This document shows positions 42,801 to 55,300 of a stretch of DNA of 64,000 nt, piece after piece. This DNA comes from Ophelia neglecta (lineage: Eukaryota): assembly GCA_965285935.1 (NCBI GenBank), contig OZ260661.1, forward strand, positions 54,002,001 through 54,066,000, in the 5' to 3' direction. Below the pieces are notes generated by a model. The model was not told the DNA's origin. It made no database searches and saw only the letters and a program-made list of their open reading frames with translations. Within the stretch, counting starts at the first letter, position 1; each line of letters starts with the position of its first letter. The translations under genes and the position numbers were made by a program.

Positions 42801-45800
42801 TGTGATGCCTGACACCGGCTTTGACCTCCTCCCGCAGTTAAGTTGAAACGGATATGACCACTTACCTGTGAAACTCGATCATTGACGATTCAATGTATAT
42901 CGATATACCAAAACATACCATGTTGCTCAGACTGATGAAAAAGAAAACTAAAATCTGTTCGGCCATGACAAGTTTCACTTCTAAAGGCAGAACTCCATGA
43001 CGAATTACACAGATACATATTGCATTACTTCCGGATGTTGGATAAAGCATGCGCACGTTTTGAGTTTCCGCTTAAAGCGCCCACATAGTTGTGAGCTATG
43101 TTAAGCTACGGGGACATAACTTGAGAGAGTTTAACGCTTTAAATGACAGCTCACACGGTATAATCCTAATGTTTTATAGTGTAACTAAATGCCAAATCAC
43201 TGTGTTATTGCTAGGAGTAAACGGAGAAGCGTTCACAGTTTAGGTGACATGTAAACATTTGCTTAATTTCGTATTTTATGCCACACTCTTCCGTATTTCG
43301 GGACCATTATTTAATAATACACATGGGACGGTTTGAGTAGCATAAAGGGCAATAAACTCCTTTTACCGTACCGCAAACGATGGGCATCGCCCCTTGCCAA
43401 AATAGCACCAGTTTTATAATAATATTTGAACTGGTTTGAATATTGGTGGATTAAAGCTTTGCAAGCACTTCAGCCGCCCAGTTATGTAAGTCCCAATGGG
43501 AAATCAATACAGTCATGTATATCAAATAACGCAAACATTTCTTTTTCATATTTGTTGAATATATTTAATAAAAGACATATACATGGCGATTCACAATTGG
43601 GAGATGGAATTTAGTTCTACCTTTTTCGTGATCGATTAGTCATCAATTCAGTTTGAAGAATATCATAGATTGTTGATAAGTCGAATTTTAAATCAAAAAC
43701 ACCTCATTTACCGGTATTGTTTCGTTCTCGAGGTGGTAGGTAGCCCGCAATCGAGATGCCAACAACAAAACTCCGCCGAACGGATACATTAATCCACGGA
43801 AAACTGCCGAGCGTATGTGCTCCGTGGGCATAATAATCCTGTACAGAACTTACCAAAAGAACATATATAGGATCTTTTAACTATCTTTCTGGCAATTGCT
43901 GTTCATACACAACTAAATACACATCACCTAATAGGACTTAAACCAAGACGGAACTCTCTCTATAAGACCCACTATACTACATTTTCGAAATGCCATCCTG
44001 CTGTATTTAAAGATATTTCTAAAACTGTTTTCTGAATGAGACAGAACTATCTTTTGTTTCAAAAGTAGCATTTACAAGCATTTACATTTACAAGGTGTCA
44101 AATACCGACAACAAATTCATGGACTAATAAAATGTAATGTAAGAACGCACATTAGAGGTGTCAATGAACGGTGGCTAGGCAGGAAAATAGTCAGATATAT
44201 TTACGAGCTTTATTTTCTTGAAGGTCTGGTTTCGATAGGAGTGGTCGGTCATATATGGCTACAAGGTAGGTCCCGTGTGCCTTTTGGTAGTAGGAAATCT
44301 TCTTTATTTTATTCAGCGTCCAAAACGGATTCAGAAAATGTTTGGTGCCAACCTGGCGATCCAGGCAGACTCGTTTTTAATATACATGTTTCCATGACAA
44401 CCATCTAGGTTGCTGGGAATCCTGCAAATGGTCATTCTGCATAGGCCTATGTCTTGGGAAAAATTATGTCAGTATTCATACATGTATGTATTCAAGCATG
44501 GGCTAGCTTATTCAATCTTGATATTATTGCAGTGATAAGTTCATTGATCAAAGTCGTCAATGTGAAGTGCATAAATCTATACTGTTGCGCAAAATCTGAC
44601 CAATGTGGACACTGCTTTTTTTTAAATAGGAATATCTTGGCATAGACTATTAAATTTTTCCTTGTCGCGTACAATGTATTGGGTTGATGAATATCAGTTC
44701 ACAGGCTGAAAAGATACTTTTACTGAACAGAGTATACACCGAGAACCGGTCTAGAATATACCTTTGTACTCATACCAAGAGAACGGGAGTTGACACCACG
44801 TTGCCAAGGCCAAATTCAATAGTAGGCCTATAATGCAACTGATTCTCATTTTATAAAGAACGGAAAAGCAGAAATAAAAGGCACGAATAAAGTAGGACTA
44901 CACGAAGGAAATTCTGCTATGATTTGAAGGTACACATATCAAATTTTATTGACAAAACACAGTAAAAAATGTGTTGTGCTAAGGCTACCCACGATGTACA
45001 TGTATATGCACAAAAGATAGCCTTTGCTTACTGCCAACTCTTAAAAAAAGGGCGTCCACCCATCATCTATAGGCTGGTTTAGTAGGAATGTTTTCTCTGA
45101 ATACCGTGAGTAGTGGTTACATAACCCTCGTCAGAACATTTTCGACCTTAATTCAGACTCAGTTCTCCGCGAATGTCTCCAATCGTGACTTACTAATACT
45201 TTCCTCTATACCTGTCGAAATATGATCGCTGCGTATCCATAATAACTTCTCCTCGACGCTTGCCGCCAACAAGTTTTACAGAGTATAAATGGTCTCAAGC
45301 TCTTATCACTTCCCCAGGCATTAAAGGACCGCCACCGTCACCCCATGACCACCACCCCACCCCACCCCGCCCTAAAAAAACGTACAGACTCCAATCAGCA
45401 TGCAGACAAGTGACGCCCTGAACTTTTAAACTCCACTTTATCAACAACTCTGATATACAAATACAGACTGCAGGGCTTATAAAGAAAAAAAACAGTTCAG
45501 AAAATGTTTCTCCTCACCTCTTCCAGGTCATTATAAAAGATTGGTAATTTAGTCAAGCCAACGACAGGGTATTTGTTACAACCCCCAATGAATTTTTAGC
45601 TGTGTAACAGCCTGAACGGGACACAGCTTGGGAAATTGTCTAGGTCCACACATATTCTTGTTGCTTCCTTCTATGAAAAAAAGGACAAGTAAAAATGAAT
45701 ATTTTCTTCATTGAAAACAAACAGAAGTTTGTTTTTTTACGCCTTCTCTTGTTTTCACAATACAGCCTTGTGACTTCTCTTCATTCGCCTAATCCCCCCG

Positions 45801-45814
45801 CCCTCTCTCAATCT

Positions 45815-45905
45815 ATCTATTAATAAAATTTGTTCGTAGGCCTATTTATAAGAGTGGACAACGTCACAGGAAGAAGAAAAATAGTGTCACTGTCATAATA
45901 ATAAC

Positions 45906-45986
<81 letters not shown>

Positions 45987-46063
45987 GCATCTATTGCTGT
46001 AATGTGTTCTTTATTAGAATGGACAACATCACAGGAAGAAGATGAATAGGGCAACTATCATAA
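45815..46063. repeat. Diverged local duplication flanking the (TC)n run
   Basis: 45815-45898 aligns with 45989-46063; shared core TGGACAAC(G/A)TCACAGGAAGAAGA..AATAG. Confidence 0.8.
45909..45984. repeat. (TC)38 microsatellite
   Basis: Perfect dinucleotide run. Confidence 0.98.
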
Positions 46064-46861
46064 ATATTATATTTCGGCCAGGGGCGTGGGGGGCTTTTAC
46101 GTGGACAGGGTGATCCCGATGGAGAATAACAGTTAGCATTCCTAGTTAGGGCACAGAGTTTCTTAACTATATGCATCAGTTATTGTAGGGATCTGGCATT
46201 AAATTATAAGAGCACATTCCGCTAAATGCTTAGCCTAATTAGGGAATTTTTAAATCTATATTTACCTATTTTATTATTCAATTTTTTTACTAATGAAGGA
46301 TAAGGGCAATCGCTTTTTCACTAACTTTTCACTTTTTCACATTTGGTAATGTATAAACATAAATTACGGCGCTTTGACCAAAAATAAGAGCCCTAGTTAG
46401 GGTGTTCTCGATCAACATTATGGTACTTGGAGGGGACCTCCCAAGCCTTGTAAAGAAAGTGCCCCCCCCCCCCTCGTGTATTTCATTTGTCTAACACCAC
46501 CTAGAAAATAATAATGGGCTGGGTTTCACCTTTGTTGTTGAGTTGATTGGGTCGACCGTTTCCATTTTAAAAGGTGTGACATTACAAGAAGTGAGGTCTG
46601 ATAGAAGGTCTTGTCTAAGGAGTGGTTTCAGATGATGAAACGACCATAATGAAATACCCGTGGCACTCATTTACGGCAAGCACTTAGGCTGGCTTTATTA
46701 ACGTAACACTAATTATAATGACGCCCTGATATAAGCGTACTCACAGTACCATTCATATAGGCTAGTACGTCGGGAAACTCGAGATCTCGGTCAAATGAGC
46801 TGATGCATTAATTGTAGATGATATTGGGTGGTATGTGTGCCTACTTTGGTGTAATAAATTG

Positions 46862-46940
46862 GGCCATTTATGAATATTTCGGCAGTTTTCGGAAATTGTG
46901 GCCATTTATGAATATTTCGGCAGTTTTCGGAAATTGTGGC
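46862..46940. repeat. Perfect 38-bp tandem duplication
   Basis: GGCCATTTATGAATATTTCGGCAGTTTTCGGAAATTGT twice, then GGC. Confidence 0.95.
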
Positions 46941-48604
46941 TATTCTCCTGAGCAGTACCCCTAGTGCGTGATTTTGCGATTGTGTATGTGTTTACTATAC
47001 AAATAAAGGGAGTTACTTCTAAAAGCTATGTCAGCTGACATTTGGACATAGGATGAAACATTTTTAAGCTAAGGCCCGAATCGTTAAAAATGTATTCATA
47101 TAAATGTATCGTCTCCTGTCATGGCACTCGCTAACATTACTACTACGATTCTATGAACTGTTTCGTGATATGGCGTGACGGATAACCGCGGCTTTTTACC
47201 AGTGAGGTATTTGGGAAACGGGCCTATGCGAGCACAGCTAAAAGGGCCGATGTTGGCCGGAGAATGTCGGGGAATTGCCAGTGTTCCGATCTGCTTAGGC
47301 TGGTAAATAAAACCTACCCTTCAGAAGGTGTTGTGTAGGAGTCCCAACGCTAACATCCCGCTCGCTCTCCACTGGGTAGATATATCTTACATTGAACAGC
47401 ATAATTTTAATAGACACACTAATGTTTTAAACATGACAAATAAAAAACAACAACAATTTATTATTCAACGTAAGAATTAGATAGGCATTTACTAAGTTGT
47501 TGAAGATGTGTTTTTGGTATCAATCATCTTTGTTGCTGGTAAACACCTTAGTATACTAATGTATTTAAAAGTTATATTAATACGCATTAACTTTATGGGT
47601 GCTTATAAGCTCTTATAAGCGTAATAATGTAACTTTTTGAGGTTATTAATCAGTGGCAATAAGTCAAAATACACAAGAATGGCGTTAAGCAATAAATGAA
47701 AAATAGTAGTGTTCATAGAAAAATCTGGCGGCGATCGTATAATGGCCGTTCAAGCGTTTAATAAGTTGTAGAAAGTGTTATCCTAGTCTTTTAGACATAT
47801 GTAAGTTGAGCTTTGTCAGACAATCCCCTTTCTTCTCTTCTTCTCATTTTAAATGAGTTTCATTTCTTTCTAAGAAATTGGGGGTAAACAAATGTTTCAG
47901 AATGGACACTCGGCAGTTATATGTCCAATATATACATATATATACATATGTACATTACATGTATACAGTATACATATATCCGAGCATAATGTGTTGAAAT
48001 CACTTGGTCCGTTCCGATATGTATAATGCTCAGAGAAATTATATCATTGTAAGGTACTGAGGAGACCAAATGAGCTAACAATAACAACTGAATAAATGGA
48101 TTCATTTTACACATTATTAATATAATCAAGTACCTTTTAGGCTATCTAGATTGGCTCCAAGGCTGTAAGCTTTCCTAAGCTAATATATTGACCCTGCCCT
48201 TAATAATTACATCGCGAACATTTTGAAAACTAAGTTATTGCTACTCACTACTCAAATTTGGGATTGAAGCAATTTTCAACCCTTAGGGTATCATTTTTGT
48301 AGACGCACACGAGGAAGTACCTTTTCTATCAATTAAAGAGACATGCATTTAAGAGCCACAATAACAATTGGTGAAAGAACGGGTAATTAAGTATAACGGT
48401 AAATAAATTTGGATAATTTGCATAAATAAAATCAAATAAAGTCCCATCTAAATTGGCGGAATTTCATATAATTAAACGTGCATTTGGATCATGCCCACTT
48501 TGATGGACTATGAATAGACTCTCTATCTTTTTAAGAAACTAAAGTTCAACATATGCAGACCATGGTTTTCTTACCTTATTAGAAAATCACAGCAATTAAA
48601 ATCA

Positions 48605-49900
48605 ATAAAAATAATAATAATAATAATAATTCAAAGTTGTTTATTGGTCCTTGAAAATAAATTTAAATACAAATTTACATGGATAAAACATACTGAAGTA
48701 ACTTCGATAAAAAATTAATAGGATGACCAATTACATTTTAATATGTACATCTTAAGAACAACGGGAAATGGACCTCCATGTCGGGTATATACCCGCCTAT
48801 AGAGGATTAACGAACTAACTTATACGGAGAACAACAGTGAAGGTATGCAATGTCAGTTATACATTAGATGACCAGGACAGGTTACATAGTAGTGGTTATA
48901 ATTTTAAGCAAAAATTGGGATAAGTAAAACGAGGATAGTAGTTGGGATGTAAAAGCGAAGAATGTATTGGTTTAGATTTCATCAAACAAAAAATACAAAA
49001 TTAAATGTATGCTGCATCAGTCTGGCCTCTTACCAAAGGCACACAAGCTCCCTCACAAGGTAGCAGCTTTTGGGGGAGGGCTGAAATAAAAGAAAAAGAA
49101 TAACGTTAATACAACGTAATGTATTCCCTTCGTAGCAGAGTACACAGCTCCGCTCTCTTCGCCTGTAGCAGTGATGCGGAGAAGCTATGCGATAAGCATT
49201 AGCCTCTGCTGCGAAGGGTACGTAATGTACAGACAATAATAAATACAATAGATGCAGGTTTCTAAAGACTAGTATCTTGTTAAACACCACAAAAGGATAA
49301 TAAAAAAATACAGACATTAAATACATAAACTAAGAGCTTTATACGACAAAACATTTAAAACAAGGTAATTAAAAACAAATATTTACAAAATCAGTGAACA
49401 AATACAACTAAAGTAAAGTAATGATAAATATCCCAAAAAAACTAGCACATGTTTTAAAGATACAATAAGACAAAAAATTTAAGACAAAACACTTCAACCG
49501 AAATCAAGCATATAAATCATTCAACTTATTCATTAGAATTATAAATTAAAAGCAAATTTCAACAAAACATCAAAATTAAAAATATATATAATTACATGGC
49601 ATACATCGAGGTAACAAAGACATAGTAGCAAGATAATTTAAGGAAATCAAATTAAAACAAACAAAGGGTTTAAAAAAATAAACAAATGGCAACTATAGGA
49701 TTAATAGAAAACGGAAACAATGATAACAAAATACAGCAGCAATTAAACAAATGAGATATGTGATACATAAACTAGAATTAAAACCTTAAATTAAATTACA
49801 ACAAAAGGTAATAATAATCATATTAGAACTATATTTGAAAGTTAAAACAGCATCTTTTTAATAACAATTAACGATAAAAACAGATTCTAAACAAAGCAGT
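48605..49900 (-). mobile_element. Possible 3' tail/UTR of a non-LTR retroelement
   Basis: On the minus strand, AATAAA (48640-48645) is followed by a (TTA)7 tail (48610-48630). The adjacent 1.2 kb is strongly A-skewed on the + strand and carries a roughly 57-bp motif (49024-49080) repeated at about 50267-50335. No ORF2 was recognised. Confidence 0.3.
49124..49219. mobile_element. About 96-bp mini-MITE flanked by 10-bp direct repeats
   Basis: Inverted repeats CCCTTCGTAGCAGAG (49126-49140) and CTCTGCTGCGAAGGG (49204-49218), one mismatch. ACGTAATGTA occurs at 49114-49123 and 49220-49229. Confidence 0.6.
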
Positions 49901-50099
49901 TACAATGGTGTTAATTATAAAATATCGAGAAGAAATAACAGAAAACCGTACTGACATTTATCTGTAAGACTCCTGGGCGCTGTAAAGGAATCTATAATAA
50001 AAGAAAATGTGGATGTTAGTAAATGACAATTATTCACAAATATAGAAATATTAAATGAGAAAAATAAAAACAAAATGCTGTTGTTAGTACATGACAGTG

Positions 50100-50189
50100 C
50101 CATCATATGTTTTGCCCCCCCCCCCCCCACTTTTTATGCCGATGATGTAGAGTTGGCCACCTCACTTAGATTTTCCTTCCTACGCCTCT
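50100..50189 (-). mobile_element. Truncated inverted copy of the 60053 MITE left end
   Basis: CATATGTTTTG-C(n)-ACTTTTTATGCCGATGATGTA...CTCACTTAGATTTTCCTTCCTACGCCTCT is a near reverse complement of 60054-60148. Confidence 0.7.
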
Positions 50190-51980
50190 TTGCTACTGTT
50201 AGTACATGAACATGAACACCATTTTAACTAGGTTACATAACCATTTTAACTAGGCTGCTTTAGTGAGGCCTTTACCGAAGGCACACAGGCGCCCCACCAC
50301 GACAAGGTAGCAGCTTTTTATTTGGGGGTGGGGGGGGGGGGGGACGAAATAGTAAATGGAAAACGAAACAAATTAATATAAGGGTCAGGTGCGGTCAGGT
50401 GAAGCCAGGTGCGGTATATCGACGAACTGTCTATCTAACCATTCCTGTTTCTTGATACTAAGATAACACCAATTTCTAATCCCCAACCTCACATAAAAAC
50501 CCATTTTCACATTTCCACCGCTTCCTACAAGTGTATTAGCAATTATCCACAGTTATAAAAAATATAGTTCTAAAGGAACAATAGACATTTGTCTATAAGA
50601 AAAAAGGAATCTAGGATGGAAAGAAAAGCTGTAAAGCTTACAGTAATAATTTTAATTAATTCTAAATAATAGTAATTAACATAAAACGATAACAACAATA
50701 TTCTAAAAGCAGTAATAGTCTTCTTTGACCCCCCCCCCCCCTCCCCTCCTCCCACACTTTTCCATCTAATCATACTACCATAGGACTAACGACCCCACTC
50801 CATTCTTTGTCTCACTGAATGGCTTCTTCTATATTATTCTCCCTGCACCCCCTCCCCCTGTGGTTGGTGGTGGGGTGGTGGGGTTAAAGCAAAGAGAGTA
50901 AGCCAAGGGATTTGTTTATTTTTATATTTCAAGGTTAATCAACATCATCAAGTAGTATGACTAAGGTGCGTGTTGCGGACGCAGGGATTGCGCTTAAGGA
51001 TTCTGTATGGACAGAAAAATAACTTACCTGCGCATGCTGCCTGAAGACTCGTAAATGATCACAAAAATCCCTACCGGGTATCACAGTCACTTTTACAGCT
51101 TCCAAATTTCCTCCGGATCAATGCCATAAACAGAATGAAGTATTTATTATTAGACCACACGGTGCAAAGCAGCAGTGGGATTGGAAATTTCAAAGTTCCG
51201 GAATCTGTATTTCATTTCACGAAGACCAATTCCGAACTTCGAAGAAAAGTTTGTTCGTTGTCGTGTGAATCGGCTACTCAGATTATGTTTACTAATCATA
51301 ACAGGAACCTTGAAAATGTAAAATGCAAACCAAGAAAATAGATATAGGCCTACACCTAAATTGGGCAGATGTAGGCCTACTCCGATATAAGATTTTCACA
51401 ATTGATTCCAAGATGTCTGCCTTTGCATAGCTTATAGTATAGAAGCCTATATGTATAGGAAAGACATGGCTAATGTCCTGCAGGTAACTCTTTCAAACTT
51501 GAACTATACGAGCAAAACCGCTTGGTTATTTGGTCCCTCAATTCTATTGGCGGATGCTGATACCATCCGGTAGCCAGACCAATGAGAAATAAGACACCAA
51601 TGAAGACAGAACCAAATAAGGGCAAAACTTCCGAATCCGATTAGACTTAAAAAGCGTGAAGTTGGACCATAGTTCATAGTTCATGGTTCATTATTCGAAT
51701 AGTGGTCTGGAGTGTGAAGTTGGCACCGAGTTCATGGTTCATTATTCAAATATTAAATTACTGCATGTAATTAGTTTGTAGTTCATAATTATTGAGTGGC
51801 TATCTGAGCACAGTCTGACTTTCTTCTACCCTTCCCCTAGGGGGTCTTGCCCCACCCCCGGGGCGTAAAATTTTTGAAAAATTACATTGTACAGGATAGT
51901 GTTTTTTATGCGTTTTAGCACCTAAGGATCATTTCTAGATATCAAATTTTGCATGTATTTTTGGGTCCATTTACACTTAG

Positions 51981-52394
51981 CCAAGCTCCAGCACGCGGTT
52001 CATTATTGAGAATCGAATAATGGTCTGGCCCCTCCCTCCCTACCTTCGATATTTTGGCCCACCAAAACCACCTAGTCCCCTCAACAGGGTGCTAATCTGT
52101 AGCATGGTATCAAAAAACCTACCCCCTGGACGTTTTTATAGCCCCAGGGGCCAAATTGCGACTTCGAATAATGGTCTGAGAAGTTGCAATTTCTTCCAAG
52201 CTCCAGCACGCGGTTCATTATTGAGAATCGAATAATGGTCTGGCCTCTCCCTCCCTACCATCGATATTTTGGCCCACCAAAACCACCTAGTCCCCTCAAC
52301 TGGCTGCTCATCTGTTAGATGGTATCAAACAACCTACCCTCTGGACGTTTTTATAGCCCCAGGGGCTAAATTTCGATTTCGAATAATGGTCTGA
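51981..52394. repeat. 215-bp tandem duplication (about 1.9 copies) inside a repeat-derived block starting near 51665
   Basis: The unit starting CCAAGCTCCAGCACGCGGTTCATTATTGAGAATCGAATAATGGTCTGG occurs at 51981 and 52196. The GGTTCATTATT...CGAATA motif is also present at about 51685 and, partially, 51735. Confidence 0.9.
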
Positions 52395-55300
52395 CTCCTA
52401 GTTCAGTATTCATTGCGGCCTCCTAGATACCTCAAGTTACGAAAAAAACCTCTTTTTACTTTTCGACTCAGTTTTCGATATGAACCATCCCAAAACCTTC
52501 TTCATTACACAAAAAGCTGAAAATTTACAGAAAATTGATGTCCAGCAGTTCAGCGCACAATTATAGGTGGAGGGGGTAGCAGGTGTATTTTGGGAACCAA
52601 AATTGACACAATGTTAACAGCTATAGGCCTACATGCATGCATGTACTCTAGACATTATTATAACTATTGTCAGTGCAACTCACAAGCAGCCATGCCTATT
52701 GTTGAAATAAACTCTTTACACAAACAAACATTAAAATATCCATGTTAAGTATACAACTCAAAGGGTCGATATAAAATACGTGTCATTGACTGTCTTTGTC
52801 ATTGGGTCAGCTAGGTTACACTGATCCAACACCAGTACCTTCGTCAGTGTCACCAGGGGCGGCAGACAGCTACAAAACACGTCTCATATGGCCAATGAAA
52901 TCATTCTTATTTGTAACATGGCAATTATATCTAAAACCAGTGATTTTTACACGGTATTAGACTAGGGCCTTTATAAAACATGTATACACCCATTCTTCTA
53001 AGGGCTCTTTTTCCTGAATGGCGGCCTTGAATAGCCAAATATAACAATTCCTTTATCATAGTTTCATAATGATCACGGAAACTTGCATCACGCAACTTCC
53101 GCAAAGGTATACGTACATCAGCCATGGGCTGTGCCAACTGCTGTTAACGCTCCAATGAAATCGATTGGACGGGTACATATACATGCCATAACGATTGCCC
53201 CGCTGTGTTTGCCTTTTTCTTTTCGTTCCGAAAATCAGCTGTTCTGAAGTTCATTCTAACGTTAGGAAGGATAATTTGATTGTGCATTATAATCGAATGT
53301 CAAGGTAAATGTCGTGATATATGATTGAGATGCCGCACAGCATAGACGGTTTATCGTAATAATTTGTCAAAGTAAGCAAGTACGGTTGTTCCCAAGTGGC
53401 TACTCAGAAGACGACAGGGCGTTACTAATTACAGAGGTGCAGGTAAACTCTGGTTAATTTGCGACTAATGGGCGAAAAATACACAATCAAAGCGTTACAT
53501 AGCATTTTCTTTGGAGCATTTTTGTTCCCCTTGGCAGCGCACGAAGGGATACTCGCGGAAGCAATATGGCTTTACTAGGAGAGTTATTATACTGAAATAT
53601 ATATGAAATCGAAAAAGGCCCAGTTACCAGCCGTGACCAGTCTCGACTTCGAAACCTTGAGAAGGAACTATGACTTTCCTTTGACCTTTGACCTAGGGCT
53701 TCAGAACAGGATTTTGAGAAACAATCGATCAACACCAATTCGTCCGGTGCCCGTTCACACTATCCTTTAATTTTAATCGAGTGATTGTTATTTGATTATA
53801 TGTACAATCCGCGCCAGTATACATCAATACATTGATACATTAATATATTGAATTGAAATACGGACTGTTTCCTATCATGTTACATAAGCCACAAAATTAA
53901 ATGGATTCTTGTGACATTTATGAAGCATCGGAATTAATGCAGTGCAGGTAAAAAAAACGCAAATTAGTTTCATCAGTAGTGCTAATGCCTCTGGTTAACC
54001 GAGTTTGTATGTGAACACGAGTGAAATATTTCAGACAACAATAAATTCCTCATGCCCCTTCACTTTCACCTCCTTCGGGTTTCTTATTAACATATAGATA
54101 TATAACCAAGAACTAGTTTTTCATTAAGCCCTCGTTATCACATTTTAAGCTTTACATGTTTTAAGGGACATGAACTAATGAGACTTGATTAAGAAATGCG
54201 CGGGTTCTACTGTTCAAAAAAAATACAAACAAGACGGTGATCTATAATTCACTAGTCAAATATGTATGCGAAATATTATTTTTTACATATTTCAACATTG
54301 GTTTGATTGAAAGTGATGTAGATTAATTAGGAGGACCTTGGCAGCGACCTTGACGCTGGATGAGAGCAGGTCTAGATGGTTGCCCCAGAAGACAGACATT
54401 GACAGCAGTCAATGGCGGCAGTCGTGGATTACAGACATGACGATGGAAACCCCTACTAATCATAAGTAGTCAGGGCGCACGTTATCGAGATAGAATAATA
54501 TGCTTTCGACCATGACGAGCAGACGTTGACGGTGAACCTTGAATTTTTAGACGCCTTTTTCCATCAAATTGTACTGGGTTGTTTGTTTATCTATGATGAT
54601 TCTGGCAACCCGTCCCACTCATCTAAATAATACATATTAAGTGGCTATATAAGGGCTCATACATGTAAAATGGTCAAATGATATATATTGGATACTGCAA
54701 ACGAAAAAGGTCTTTGCAATTGTAGCTAACCCTGATAAACAGCGTCACAGAGGAACTATCACAATGTTGATCTTTTTCGCCAAACAACCTTTCAACATTA
54801 ACTTAAAAGTGAGACCAAGATCAAATTTAATATCGTTACTTTATTCGTTGCACATGACTCCCTATATATTATTCAATACATCATGCATAGTTAAACCATT
54901 AGAACGCATCGAAGGTTCAGTTATCAAAATTTGATCTTTTGAATGGGGTTAAAAAGATATCAAATACCTTGTATTTGATTTTTCATTTATGAATAATTAA
55001 TTCGGATCTAGATTCCCAATGAAAATATTAATTATCAATTGACCTTGAAAATGGGACTTAAGATCAAATTCAAGGTCGTCAGTGGATTCTTTGAATATGA
55101 CTTTTTGTTAGTGTTCCATACATTTGCCCTGCTTATATTACACCGTTAAGGCATCAGAGGGCTCGTTAAGATTTATATACAACTGTTATACGATACATCT
55201 AGTGCATTATTCAACTAAACGGCCTGCTGGATGCAGAGAAGATTTTTAAAGTTTGATCAGGGGTTATCAGTAAAATATAAGTCACAATGTTTCTCAGCTT

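Noticed and set aside
42225-42870. tRNA B-box-like snippets (about 42227 and 42810; also about 63188)
   Set aside because: No cloverleaf or A-box; at most eroded SINE remnants. No tRNA or rRNA gene was recognised in the window.
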